Source: Asterias rubens (taxonomy: Eukaryota). Taken from it: DNA of 64,000 bases. A program made the position numbers and the translations under genes. This document shows, piece after piece, positions 25,485 through 38,856 of the stretch. How positions within the stretch are numbered: position 1 is the stretch's first letter; every line of letters starts with the position of its first letter. The stretch covers positions 2,480,001 through 2,544,000 of the forward strand of contig NC_047064.1 of assembly GCF_902459465.1 (NCBI RefSeq), in the 5' to 3' direction. Below the pieces are notes generated by a model, which made no database searches, had not been told where the DNA came from, and saw only the letters and a program-made list of their open reading frames with translations.

Positions 25485-27269
25485 GCAGAAAATATTGCTA
25501 ACGTATTTCTGCTAAGCAAAAAAAGAAGTATCAGAGGGAGTGCACCAAAGAATTTGTTATAGATTTTTATATGTTTGGGACTGAAAATGCTGAAATTTGA
25601 GTTCTTCCGACCATATAGAGCCAGTTGCTATGTCAAAGAGTTCGGGGCAAGCACTTGTATAGCAACTTCCAGTTGAGCAAACCCTGGTACCATTGAGCCA
25701 TACATATTAATTCAAAATTGTGTGTGTGTGTTCACAGGCGCAATACGTGACCTCGCAAAAGCTTTTCTCGAATCATTTGACATATATTGCAGCAACTATT
25801 TCTATAGTCTAAGGAACTCCAATTTCAGCGTTAACTTGTGACTGGACTAAGCAAGTCATTGTACCAGGCATGATTCAAATCTAACTTGCAAACGGCTTTT
25901 TAAATTATTATTATGGATTGCATTCTTAGGCCTTCAATTCACGTTGGATAGCCAAAGTACAAAATGAAATGGCTGACTGTTCATACAAAGAAAAGAAAGA
26001 AATTCCTGCCACCAAATTCAAAATATAGCGGCTGGATGTACGCTTTGATTTAAAAGAAAACTTTCCGATATGGGTTTTGAGGGCATTGCATATAGGAAGG
26101 TGTCAATGTATAATTGCCATGCTGGAGTGTCACATTTCAATTAAGTTGTGTCCATTCACACAGATGACGTTATTGTGTAATCTGATCCCACCCCACCCCA
26201 CTTACTTTATAAAGTTGAAATTAATAAATATTTTTCGGTTGAGTGCTCTGCTCTGCCCAAAAAAATCAGTGATTTGCACTGAGGAGGTTTTCCCTTTGTA
26301 AATAAATACATGACTGCAAAGCAATCCAGTTTGACGTGTAAATACTAGCTAAGCTTTCAACACCACCTTTTGCTGATGGAGCTGCAATCCCTTCACCATC
26401 ACCTCACCCCATTCAGGTCTCCCCTACCCCCCTTCGTCCTTGTCAGGTGATAAATGACGCATTGCCCTCTGATATTCTGCCCTTCAGTAGCCGTCCCATT
26501 AGCTGGTACTAGTAAGTTACAGTCCAACTCCGATCCCTGATCCCGAGGGTTTATTGCCAAGGGACTTGATCAAACAAATTTGTTTGTCTCTGGCTTTCAC
26601 CCCCTGTTACATTAGATCTTCATCCCAGATTGAATGTGTTCAATTTGTCATGTTCTTGCGGCCTTCTTGACAGGTTGAGTGGTGTTCGGTTAATGCAACA
26701 TTCAGGGGGGGGGGGGGGAGTCGGCTGGTAGCTGCCGATTCCTAGAGAGATTTAAACAAGACTTTCTGTTTTTGTAGTTGCCGCTTCATAAATCAAATTA
26801 AACACTCAAATGGTTCAAATCAAGTTAATATTACATTGTCTTGATCAGATTGTTATCTATAATTGATATAAATGTGTCTTTTTGGTTGTGCGCTGTAATG
26901 GACGGCAAACCATTTGCAAGATTTTACTTTCCATTTGGAACATTAGTTATTAATGTTCTTTTTTAGTTATGGCCTGACCATTTAAAGAAATACACAAGAG
27001 TAAAAAATTTGTCTGGAATTTCAAAAGGTCTTGTCATTAATACTTTTTGAAATTATTTCTCCTGCAAGAATTTATTTAATAACAATAATAATATTTGATT
27101 TGAAATTTTGAGCGATTTAATTGATTTACGATTTAAATAATTTATGAATCCTGTGATTAATGATATTGCTCAGAAATTCAAACCAAATTAGTAAACTAGT
27201 ATAGTTGGTTTTCATGAATATATTCTTGCATTCTTGCAGAAGAAATCGATTTTTACTTAATACCAGGAT

Positions 27270-27778
27270 GATAATAATTGGTGATTTCTGTTGGTAATTT
27301 CTCAAAATAGTTGTTGGCATAAAAACTTACTTGGTCCGAGTAATGGAGAGCTGTTGAGTGGCTCCCTCTGAAGTAACTTAGTTTTCGAGTAAGAAGTAAT
27401 TTCCACGAATTTGATTTTGAGACCTCAGAATTAGATTTTGAGGTCTCGAAATCAAGCATCTGAAAGCACACAACTTTGTGTGACAAGGGTGTTTTTTCTT
27501 TCATTATTATCTCGCAGCTTTGACGACCAATGGGAGACTTTCTGGGACGATAGAAGGCAGCAGACTTACCAGGTAAATCCATTGTTCTCAGAATTATGCG
27601 CATGTTCAGAACTACGTAAACAATGGAAATTTACCCGGTATGTCTGCTGCCACCTAGCGTTGGAAAGTCTCCTATTGAGCTCAAATTTTCACAGGTTTGT
27701 TATTTTATGCAAAGGTTGAGATACACCAAGTGAGAAGACTAGTCTTAGACAATTACCAATAGTGTCCAGTGTCTTTAA
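27270..27778 (+). mobile_element. MITE family A copy with a nested family E element
   Basis: Family-A sequence interrupted at gaccaAT/tgagctc by 27532-27673. Confidence 0.85.
27532..27673. mobile_element. MITE family E (GGGAGACTTT...AAAGTCTCCC), AT duplication, ISL2EU/PHIS-like; second copy 16615-16878
   Basis: TIRs with inner arms ggcagcagacttaccag / ggtatgtctgctgccacc; AT on both sides in both copies. Confidence 0.75.
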
Positions 27779-28516
27779 GCATTTTCCACTTCAGTGTCTT
27801 TAAGCATCTTCCACGTTTGTAATTTGACAATCCAACTGAACATTTTGCATGTATGCAGATATTTAATTTATATGGTTTTTAACAGTATCATAAAATCTCT
27901 GACAAACATGCTTTTTAATTGGTTAGATAAGTCAATAAATCACTGGAGTTATTTGGTGTTTATACTCTTCTATCTTCTATCAGTTAACCTTTTTTATACT
28001 TGAAATACTTTTATTGATAAAAAAAGGTCAAACTAGTTTAAGTTGACGAATTGTTAAAATTCTCTGCCACTCAGAGACAGTTGAGATGTCACACACAAGT
28101 CCAGTTTGTTTCTAATTCCTTACTTTGAATGATGACGTTAGTTCGCCATGTATCACTTGGAATGTGCTCATTTAGCAGTCGATGAGAGACGAATCTCTTC
28201 AAAATATTTACAAGAATCTTGGCAGCACCACCGTGTCTCCACGATCTATCAAGCAAGGTTTATTTGACTTCCAAGCATACAGTCAGACACATAGTGTCAT
28301 GTTGGGCATTTGGGTCATGCACTGTGTAACATGAGGAAATTTATTTGCCACAATGGGTCATACACATGAGTGTGACGTATGCCATGTTAGGTTGTGCACT
28401 GGGCAGACCTGTACGCTTCGTTTTTGAGAGGGCACAAAGGCATGTTGTCCTTGGTACAACAATGTGGTAAAGGGCACACTGTGAGGATAGCACCTCAAGG
28501 GCAAAGCAATGACCAC

Positions 28517-28757
28517 GGCCCAATTTCATAGAGCTGCTAAGCACACAAATTTGCTTAGCATGAAATTTCTTCCTTGATAAAAAACAGGATTACCAACCAA
28601 ATTTCCATGTGATTTTCAGGATAGGCAAACAACAGCTAAATACCAGTAATAAGCAATATGCAACAAATGGAAACTTGATTGGTAATCCTATTTTCATCAA
28701 GGATGAAATTTCATGCTAAGCAATTTTGTTTGCTTAGCAGCTCTACGAAATTGGGCC
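28517..28757. mobile_element. MITE family D (GGCCCAATTTCATAGAGCTGCT TIRs), representative; related copies near 16607-17064, 19688-19882, 25066, 29258-29450, 60940-61113
   Basis: Foldback element with long TIRs repeated across the window, often with CTG/CAG flanks. Confidence 0.8.
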
Positions 28758-29502
28758 CAGGGGTCGCGGAGGCAATTTTCGTTGCCCTTTAACATGAGTG
28801 TGATCTGTGCCATGTTGGGCTGTGCACTGTGTAATGAGTGTGGTTTTGTATCAGTCACAGGGCTTGAATTTCATGAAAATGTCTGTTATACCACAGTTTG
28901 TAGAGCTCAGAAATTGCACTGTTGAATTGAAGAATAGGCCTTGCACTTTCTTAGAAGTACTGTGCAGTGACATTCTGAATCTAGGAGGGTCCGTTCCTGG
29001 GGCGGGAAGATTTCAGAGCTTCCGTATTCCTTAATTTAAACATTGCCTGTAAGAAGCTCCTAAACTCTTGGATTAGAACATTTCATGGCCACATACTTTT
29101 TTCAGCAGTGGTTTATTTTAGATTTGCCACGTAAATGTTTCATTTGTATGAACTACCTCTGTATCTGTACAGCACAGAGGAAGAGTCTGACATAGGGCTA
29201 CATGTACGTTTAGTATATTGAGGTAATTGTTGGAGAAAACCTTTTCTTGAAAAGGTCTGGGCCCAATTTTTGCATGGCTTAGCTTACTGCCGAATTCTGC
29301 ACTTATAATCACCTTTCTTAGCTTACTGTGCAAGCTGTGTAAGCAGGGAATGCCCAGTAATGTGAGGTAAGCGTGACACAAGCAAAAATTCCCTGCTAAC
29401 CAGCGCCGATTGTTTGCTTAAGTTAACCAGAGCCATGATATTGGGGCCCTGATGTTTATTTAAAAATAAATATCACAAACTGTAGCGCAATTTGAAATTT
29501 AA

Positions 29503-29772
<270 letters not shown>

Positions 29773-30539
29773 TAGATAATGGACTGAAGTTTTGGCCCTA
29801 GCAGAGTCTTTCTTGAAGGCTAAATGATTTTATCATGATTCAGACTTTTTAAAGCCTGCATGGTTAACAGAAAAAGCTGTATTTTTCTCTGTGTAACACA
29901 AGCCGTGTTTAAAAATATTAGCTGAATTGTTTATTCGGAAAAGAAATTTCAGAGGTCATGGTGGAAGTTGAATGTTTTTGATGACAGAATGGCCCAGCAC
30001 TTTGGGAATTTTTTGGGGAAATTTAGATTTGGATTATTATTTTATTGGTCATATTATGATGTAAAAGTGGTGCTCTAGGGGGCGATGAGAGATGTAGTTG
30101 CCTTTAACGTCAAGAAGCAAGGTACGGGAAAATTATGAACTTGTACGCAATATTAGGACTCCGGATTAACATGCAAGTCCTCCACCAACTGAGTTATCTG
30201 GCCCTATGTTGGTGATCTCCTATTTCGTCAATTTCTTTGTTTGGGTGCCATTGTTAGCTTGTAACTGCCGTAAAGCCAAGGATCATACCCACGTTTATGA
30301 TACAACCTGGGAAGCGGCAGCCGGGAGATCACCTTTTTACATGCAGGTGTGGTATTCTCCTTACTTTATTCAGTTTTCCGATTTTATTTGCCCTCGAAAA
30401 AATCTGGAAAATTGTGATTAATTACCGTGAAAAGTCTGTTGGAGCCTACACCATGGGTACATTTAGGTCAGTCTTTGTACTCTTATGAAATATTCCTACT
30501 TTTTTCCAAGGACCAAATGTCGTCCTTGATTACATGTAT

Positions 30540-30920
30540 TTAAAGGCAGTGGGCACTTTGGTAGTTAGTCAAAATAGTTGTTACCATAAAACCTTACTTG
30601 GTAATGAGTAACGGGGAGCTCTTGATAGTATGAAAAATTGTGAGAAACAGCTCCCTCTGAAGTAGTTTTTTGAGAAAGAAGTAATTTTCCACGATTTTGA
30701 TTTCGAGACCTCAGATTTAGAATTTGAGGTCTCGAAATCAAGCATCTGAAAGCACACAACTTCGTGTGAAAAGGGTGTTTTTTCTTTCATTATTATCTCG
30801 CAACTTCGATGACCAATTGAGCTCAAATTTTCACAGGTTTGTTATTTTATGCAAATATTGAGATACACCAAGTGAGAAGACTAGTCTTTGACAACTACCA
30901 ATAGTGTCCAGTGTCTTTAA
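30540..30920 (+). mobile_element. MITE family A copy
   Basis: TTAA at both ends; the right flank continues as the terminal arm of family C (tgtaaatctgtggac...aagtacccaaatcctt). Confidence 0.9.
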
Positions 30921-33900
30921 TGTAAATCTGTGGACATTGTGTTTTGTGTTACAATAAGTACCCAAATCCTTGAAAGTAAATAGCTGTAGTCATCGTGATT
31001 CCACGCTGTTGTATTGGCAGACTACCTCAACTCGTCCAAATATCTAAATGTGAGCACACTAGGGACCCATCCCGTTGAGTACACGTAATTAAATACTTCA
31101 GATTTCCATTCAATTTTGTCTTGATGCCGGGGAAAATTGTGCCATAAACCAATCATTTAGAGGCAAACTGCAATAAACTTGGGATGAGTAATTCGTGCCC
31201 CTTGCATGATCTCTCAGGCCATAATTTATTTTTGGGGACCAGTAATTCATCCTGCAATGCTTAAGGGACTAAGAGCCAAGGTTTGCGAACCACATGGTCA
31301 GTGAGAATGCTCTGTTTATACAATAAGTAGATACTAACTCCAATGGTTTAAAGGTATATTTGCCCATTCTAGCGTAAAGCAATTCAATTAAAGTTCAAGC
31401 CTGAACTGTTAGTTTCTTAGCAGATGAATGGTACATCTATACAGCAAAGATACATGTAGTAGGATTTGAAACTTTGCATGGTGGAAATACGATATGGAAA
31501 GGTTTGCGGTAACACCATGTAACGACTATCTCTAAATGAGTTTGGGTAGTTCTGAAAAGAACCGTTAAGTGATGATGACTCGAACTCTTCCATGAATTAT
31601 GACAAATTGTTTTGATCCAAATGCACAATACAATGGCGATGTTTTAATGAGGTTAATTTTGCTTCCAGGATAAAGATTTGTGTTTCACCCACACATCGAT
31701 GTGCATAAAGCACTGTATACTCAGTACTTTCCAGAGTCCTGTTCTAAATATCCACAGGCATATAAATTACTTGGGTGGGATTCAAACCCACAACCTTTGT
31801 CATTCTAGGGCAGATGTGATAATACTAGAGCAATGAGATTGCCCGGTAGCTAGAGGCAGTTCGAATCCAATGTTTGAGCAGCGCGTACTGCAATAACTTA
31901 ATAAATGTGAAATTGTAGTCTTTTGTCAGAAATCAGACTTTTTGTTATGCCTGCCTTGTGGACAAAATGCAGCGATTTTCTCCAAACCCTGCTCTTTGAT
32001 ATACTTCTCTATTTTTACAGGCATGATATTCTTCATACTTTAATTTAATCCGACTTTCTATTTTGTTTAGCCTTTGGAAAAATCAGAAAAATTCTGATTA
32101 AACAGCCTGAATTATCTAATAAAGTCTGCTATGTATAGGTCATCCTTCGTACCTGAAATATTCCTACTTTTTTTCCCTGGGCCAAAAATCATGCTTGTTC
32201 TTTGTAGGTTGCTCTAACATGAACGAGACAGAATCCGGTGCTCTTTAAGGGCGCACAGTCAACTACGCACATGCTTTTTCACAGTTCATTGTACAGTAAT
32301 CTGTCTCGTTGAATGATAACATTTCGCAATTAATACTGTCAGCAGATCAGCAGTTGAAAATAAAACCAGCATATTAGTCTTTTCATTCATCTTCGAACAG
32401 ATTTTTAAACAAATAGTCTCTTCATTCTTGTCACGAGTGTACACATTTTCTGCGTAAACATTTCTTGTCTTTTTGTGCGTGAAGAGGCGCCAAAGCTTTG
32501 AATCCTGTTTATTTTGTCATTGACGTGTTATACGCAACTTGCGTGCACGACTGCGTGAAGCTAATCTCACCAACGGCTCCATCAGGCCAATTAATTTGGA
32601 AGGATGCATGACAGACAGGTTTTAATACACGGACAATTACTACATGCTCTTTTTTTTCATCAGAGAAGTAGTCGGGGCGGGGGCTGTGGAGGCGAGGAGA
32701 GTTCATGTCAACTTAAATTGGACAGTGGTCTTTCACCATCTTTGGTTACTTTATGTTTCTCTGAAAGGAGGAAGTCTCTAAGTTCATGACTGTGTTACTT
32801 TGTCTGGGGGTAATGCAGTCATATTATCAGTGGTTGAACATCTTGAGTTGCGTTTTATTTCTTTGTGTTCAAGTAGGAAAAATTACTGTTACTTTGTCAG
32901 GGAAGGGGTCAAAACACGTCTTTACCATACTTATTTCGCTTCCTAGGCTATTTATTTATTTCTCATTGCTTTGTATTGTTAGTTTTTGATTGCTTGTAAT
33001 TATTGTTGTAAAGCGTCGTGGTACCTTTTTTGTGTAAGAATACTATATAAATGCTTAGATTACGATTGGATTAGTGAGATAATATCATCACAGAAGACTT
33101 CCCCCACCACAGCCATGTCTTTTTAATTCCTTATCGACCATTTTATATGACTTACAAGTTCAGAAATCGTAATACGGTAGTGGGGCAGGGTCGGGAGAGG
33201 GTTTTAGAGTATTATTTTAACTTAGTTTCTTATTATTTTTACAAACGCATCCCTTGACCTATCTTATAGATTCATCCGTCAGAAAATAGCATCTTCAAGC
33301 TTTCTCTTCTTAGGGTTGCAGTAAGCTCATAGAGCTTTACTGAACATCACATACATGGAAGAGGGCATTTTTAGAATATATATCCGTGAAGTGGTTCAGC
33401 TTTGCTCATCCCTTGACCTATTTCAGTTATATTTCATTGGATGAGTATTCAAGCCGTCTCTACTTGAGGCTGCAGTCATTTCGCATTGAACATTACTGAA
33501 CTTAACATGAGAGGGCAATGTCCAATTGCTAGGATGGGAGTAAATCCTTGCGGATTAATTGGCAGTAAGGGAGGGGGGAGGGACCTTAATTGCCAGAGGG
33601 ATGAAGAACATTGCCATGTGCCTGATAGTCATAATTGAATGCTATTGAATGATGTCTTGATGGGTGTAGTAAACCTACACCGCGGTATTATAAACTATTT
33701 AAGCATGTATCCTACCGAATCTTTCTTTGGAGGAATCCGAGTTTCCGTAATTGCTCAAGAACATGCTTTTAAGTGTGTCAAGATTAGATGTCATTTGGAG
33801 GTTGAGATGATGATAGGTACGGTACCTGGTGACTTTATGAACACCTGTTGTGGAATTAAGTCTTTAAAGAAGGGGTGCTGTTATTAATGCTTTAGAATTT

Positions 33901-36614
33901 TCAGACTTTCATCCTATTGACTGTATGAAATCTGCCTAGTACATAAAAAACACTGTTTTTTCTCCAAATAAAATAAATCATGCTCTTTGATCTACTCAAG
34001 CACTGAGGATTTTTTCCCCCAAAGCTACTAGTTCAATGCAGTACCTGCTGCTTACACTTTAGATTTGAAATGCCTCTAGCCACCGGGCTAGCTCGTTGGT
34101 CTAGTGGTAAGACATCTGCTCTAGCACGGCAAAGACTGTGGCTTGAACCCCATTCAAGTGATTTGCCTGTGGATTTTGCTGTCTCGGGAAAGGAGTGTTT
34201 GAAAGTATTGGGGTTGTGTCAACATCCTGTGCGCCACATAATGCGCATGGTGTGATACATTGGTTTTATCCATGTTACTGCATTTCTTTCATGCTCGTTG
34301 CATTTCTTTGACGATTGTAATCTCTTTCAGTCATGTTACTGCATTTTTCTACCTTCCTTAATGTTACATGCATGTGCCTGAGGATTACGGCGGTTCTCTT
34401 TGATCTTTTCACTTTACCCGTCATCAAGATGGAGATCTCAAGATCATGAATGTGCCAAAGATCTTCCTCTCTTCAGTGCGAAGACAAAATAAGTTCGGAA
34501 TGTCGGCTGGTAACATGTATCTGCTAAGCATCACTTTTCTGTGCTCAGCAAGTTTTTGTGCTTACTACAGGATTTATGAAATTAGGCCCTGTTCTTTTCA
34601 GACTCTAATACAGCCAAAGGCAAGATTATTTGCTCTGTGTTTAGTGCAAACCTCACCAGAGTATACAGAAGAACTTTTGTACATTAGGAAAAAGGGATCA
34701 GGTTGGCTCAGTGAATTTGTTCTCCCTGCCTTTCACCTTCTTGGAACCCCTGCTTGAATCCCACCGCAAGCTGGAACTCGTTTGTGGATTGAGTTTTCAG
34801 TCCCTATGTGATTGTGTGGAATTTTCCTCTCACAGTGTTTGATTATGTCTGAACATTTAGGTAACAGAAGGGTTTTAATATAAAATTGAAATGCCTTGGT
34901 ATTGGAAGGGAACAAAAAGCAAATGACTACCCCTATAAAAACAAAAGAGCTCCCTCTCTTGACCGTATGCGGAGAGCTCTCACTGCCACTTTCTGTTTGC
35001 AGTCTATAATTCCATCTCATGTTTGCGTTTGGCTCCAACTCTCTCCTGATTAGTTGAGATAAATTAATTAGAGCCGGAATGGATAGCGAATTTGAATAAC
35101 GCCGGATTGTTCAACGGCTGGTTTGATGTATTAATAGCAGAAGCTATATTATCAATGGGCCTTTCAGGCGACTGATGTTATGAACCAGGCATTCAGGGTA
35201 TGACTGAAGAGTTTTTGACAGTGGTAATTTTAGAGTTCCTAAATAGGCATTATAACTCGAGCATGATTTCCAATTTGTTTGCCCATAGAAAAATAAACCA
35301 AAAATGTTGATTAAAAAGCCTGAAAGTCTCTGCTTGTAGGTCGGCCCTTGTACTTAATAAATGATGATAACTCCATAAATGCTGCTGCTAGATAAGTGTG
35401 TTAGGTTTATTTTCTGAAATGGTTGAACCGAACTTTTGACTTCCTTTAACCATAAACAGTTCTACTGATTCAAATCAAAACTATGAGCAGATATATGAAA
35501 AGGAGCAAATGTTAAAGATTGAAAATAGAACACTGCACATGTATAACATGTATCACTTTTAAGGCAGTCTATTTACTGTTACAAAACCTGAAACCACAGT
35601 GGGGTGGTGGCCCACAAAGCAAAATGTATTTCATAACAAATGATAAGGAGATTGAAAACAAAGTATTATATTTGCAGGAGATTCAGATAAGAAACATTCC
35701 ACCAACAAAAGAGATGTCAATCATTTTTCTTGGAAAGTGCTAAAGAAAAGAAGACCTTAGTTTTAAACCAAGGAAATGGGAAATGGTTAATCCGTTTATG
35801 CCCGACCTCTATCTGCTGCAGATTTGGTAATATTCATGCAAGAAGTGAAGTTCAGGGTGTTCGTAGTAAATTGAAAATTCCAGCCCACATGTCTTAAGTA
35901 AAATACACCTAGATGTCTTAGTTATACTCTGACATTAATAGTAAACCTAATCACAGTCTAGACATCATTAACCATAATGTGCATCTTTGAGACGCCTTGC
36001 CTGGATTTCTTGTCTTCTACCATGAGCCAGTGTTCCAACTAACCTTCCGAGTTTGTGTTTGACGAGGGATGGAAATAATGGATACGAAGGTTTGCTCATC
36101 TATTTTTGAGGTGTCTCAAGGTTGCAGTTACAGGTTCTTGGACGTGGAAATGTTGAAGTTGTTGGCCTGTTTATTTGAGCTCCTGGTTTTTCATCAACAT
36201 GTGCTCCATGAATTATGTATATTTCCATTTACTTGTAAGTTGTATGTATCCTTGACAGGTTAAAATTGGATAGCGCAAGATAACAGGTTGATTAACTGAA
36301 GGGGCATCAGTGCGTGAATGTTGTATCTCAATTTTGTGTTTTGATGTTGGGTCTCCCAAGTTGCGTTACGAGAATATGTAATATTGAATGGGGGGGGGGG
36401 GGTCGACAAACATTATTGAATTTGTTAAATTTATTGGTTTATTTATTTATTTTTTATTAATTTAAAACTTTTAATTGATTGAATTAGTTTTTTTAGACAC
36501 TTATTTATATTTTGTTTGAACAAAGGGAAACTTTGAGATGTCTATTGTTGCCTCCATCACCTTCATGAAATATCAGGACTTCAATCATATATCTTGCCCC
36601 GATACATACATATA

Positions 36615-36778
36615 GGCCCTTTTCGAAACCAGGGCTTCGGCTTTGGATTCAGCTTGAGGCTCTGTTCTCCTGTCTAAAGCCCTGAGCATGTGTACGTTAA
36701 CCACGCGTATAAGCACGCCGATCGTCAAATCAGCCTGAGCTGAATCCAAAGCCGAAGCTGTCATTTCGAAAAGGGACC
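36615..36778. mobile_element. Harbinger-like MITE (GGCCCTTTTCGAAA TIR)
   Basis: ggcccttttcgaaa...gcttcggctttggattcagct / agctgaatccaaagccgaagc...tttcgaaaagggacc. Confidence 0.75.
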
Positions 36779-38825
36779 AAGTCAACTACGGTGCATAAGG
36801 CATTAAAATGTCTTGAGTCAAAATGTTTGGGTGTTGAGTTACGGTGTGCTTAAGGATTCCATAAATCAGAAATCTGGGGTTAAGGTTTAGTGTACCAGTA
36901 ATTCAAGTGGTTATGAAAATGCAGTTGATGTTGAGTGACAAACCCAAATCCACCTGAAAACCAACCACATACAACATTAAGAGATTAAGAGTTGTCCGTT
37001 TATGTTTAGTTTACTAAATAGTTAAATGGAACTTTTTTTCTATGACTACAGTTCAACCATTCCTACTGATATCAACACTTTGTTTATGCCTTGGATTTCC
37101 CCCAGTGCCATTAATTTGTCACCATTTTTATCTATTTCATGTATTATGAATCTTGAACCATGCTCTCTGTTAAATTATTTTCTTTTCACTATTTGTAATT
37201 TTTCTAACTTTTTATATTCTCCAACCTTGCTCTCCAAATATAATGTGTGTTTATTTCTCAGTAAGAAAAGGGGTCCACCCAGTGTTTCCCGGTATGGTTG
37301 GCAACTCAATGCGCATAACCAACCATGAGCGTGTTACCCCCGAGAAGGGGTGCTGGTGCATTATTCATGTATACAATACAATTCTTTGGGGCAGACTCTG
37401 GGAAAACAATGTGGTCTGCATTAAAAAAGCGTCTCAGGTCTCTGAACAGGAAAGCTGAACCGGAAAGCATTTTGAATGTCATTTAATTTTATAACTGAAA
37501 TATGAACCCCCCCCCCTCATTCATACAATCAATGCCCTTCCTAACTGTCACACTTTTACCATTCAATGCAGCTAACAACAAAACAGCGTGAAAATCAACG
37601 ACGGCTAAAGACTGCTTATTAAATCGCAAAAACTATTCTAATAATCCCTGACTTCCACAGGTTATTGTACTTGTAACTTGACACATCATCGTTTTCCCTC
37701 CTTCTTTTGGGATATCTCTTGAGGTTTGGTACATGCATACGCCTGCTAATGTGGCACCAACCGTCGCAATGAAGACCAGAGTAATCTTGATCTACATGAA
37801 CAAGCCCGCGACCAATTAGTAGAAGCTTGCTTTAAAGCCATAATGGATTGCTCGCGTGGTAAGATTGCTATGGATGACCGTAATATGAGCCAACCTAGTA
37901 GTGAACTGTATAGTATGAATGGGTAAGAAAAGCTGGAGTTAAAAATTGTAAGAAAAATGAAAGCTTTATATGTAAGCTTTAAAATACAGAGACAATAAAT
38001 ACCGAGACAGTTTAAGCCCACCATGTTTTGATTGGCTGCAACAACTTAAAGGAGCTGTTCATCAAAAAAAAAACTAATAATGTAATAGTTAAATGTTAAA
38101 AACTAAAGTTTGCGTAATATTTTGGTAATGACCCCAACCCCTCCACCCCACCCCCCTGCAAAAAAATAACTAAAAAAATATCAAATGAAGTTTTATTTTT
38201 TATTTTTTATTGTAGGATTACCTTTATATAAAGATGGTATTGGTAGTAGGCATCATGGGCATGTATGACACCTGAAATGCCCCCAGTGATTAGAACTCTT
38301 TAAAAACATTCAAATCTGAGAAATGATTCATGTATAAATTGTTTCTCAGATGTCTGAAGGAATAGTGTCTGTTTGCATTTGCTGTGGCCAGATGTGGATA
38401 GATTTGACATGCTTATGAAAATATAGTGACATTTTCCCCCTGGTTTTCTCAACAAGTAGACACTGTGGTCAGCTAAAACTTGTATGTATGTGACTTTATT
38501 GTATCTAACTTGGTTATTTGGCCATTAAATCAGCAACACATTGACAAAAGCCTATCCATGACCCTACCTTTAAATTACACACGCTGTGTAAAATTGAATA
38601 CTGAACAACGAACAGAGGCTGTCATAAGAAGGTGTTCCTGAGATATGGTAGTGATGCCCCCCTGTCAGTGTCGACTGTCTCCCCTGACAATTCCTTGTAC
38701 TTGTCAGTTGAAATGCCAGTTGAGCATTTGCCATAGCAATGCAGGGGCAGGTATTTTATATCATTTCAATTTCGTTGCAGGTCTCAATCTCGGTAATAGA
38801 AGACCTTGCTCCATAGTGATTAAAA

Positions 38826-38856
38826 TAGAGAGAGAGAGAGAGAGAGTGAGAGAGAG
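38826..38856. repeat. (AG)n microsatellite
   Basis: Read directly. Confidence 0.95.
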
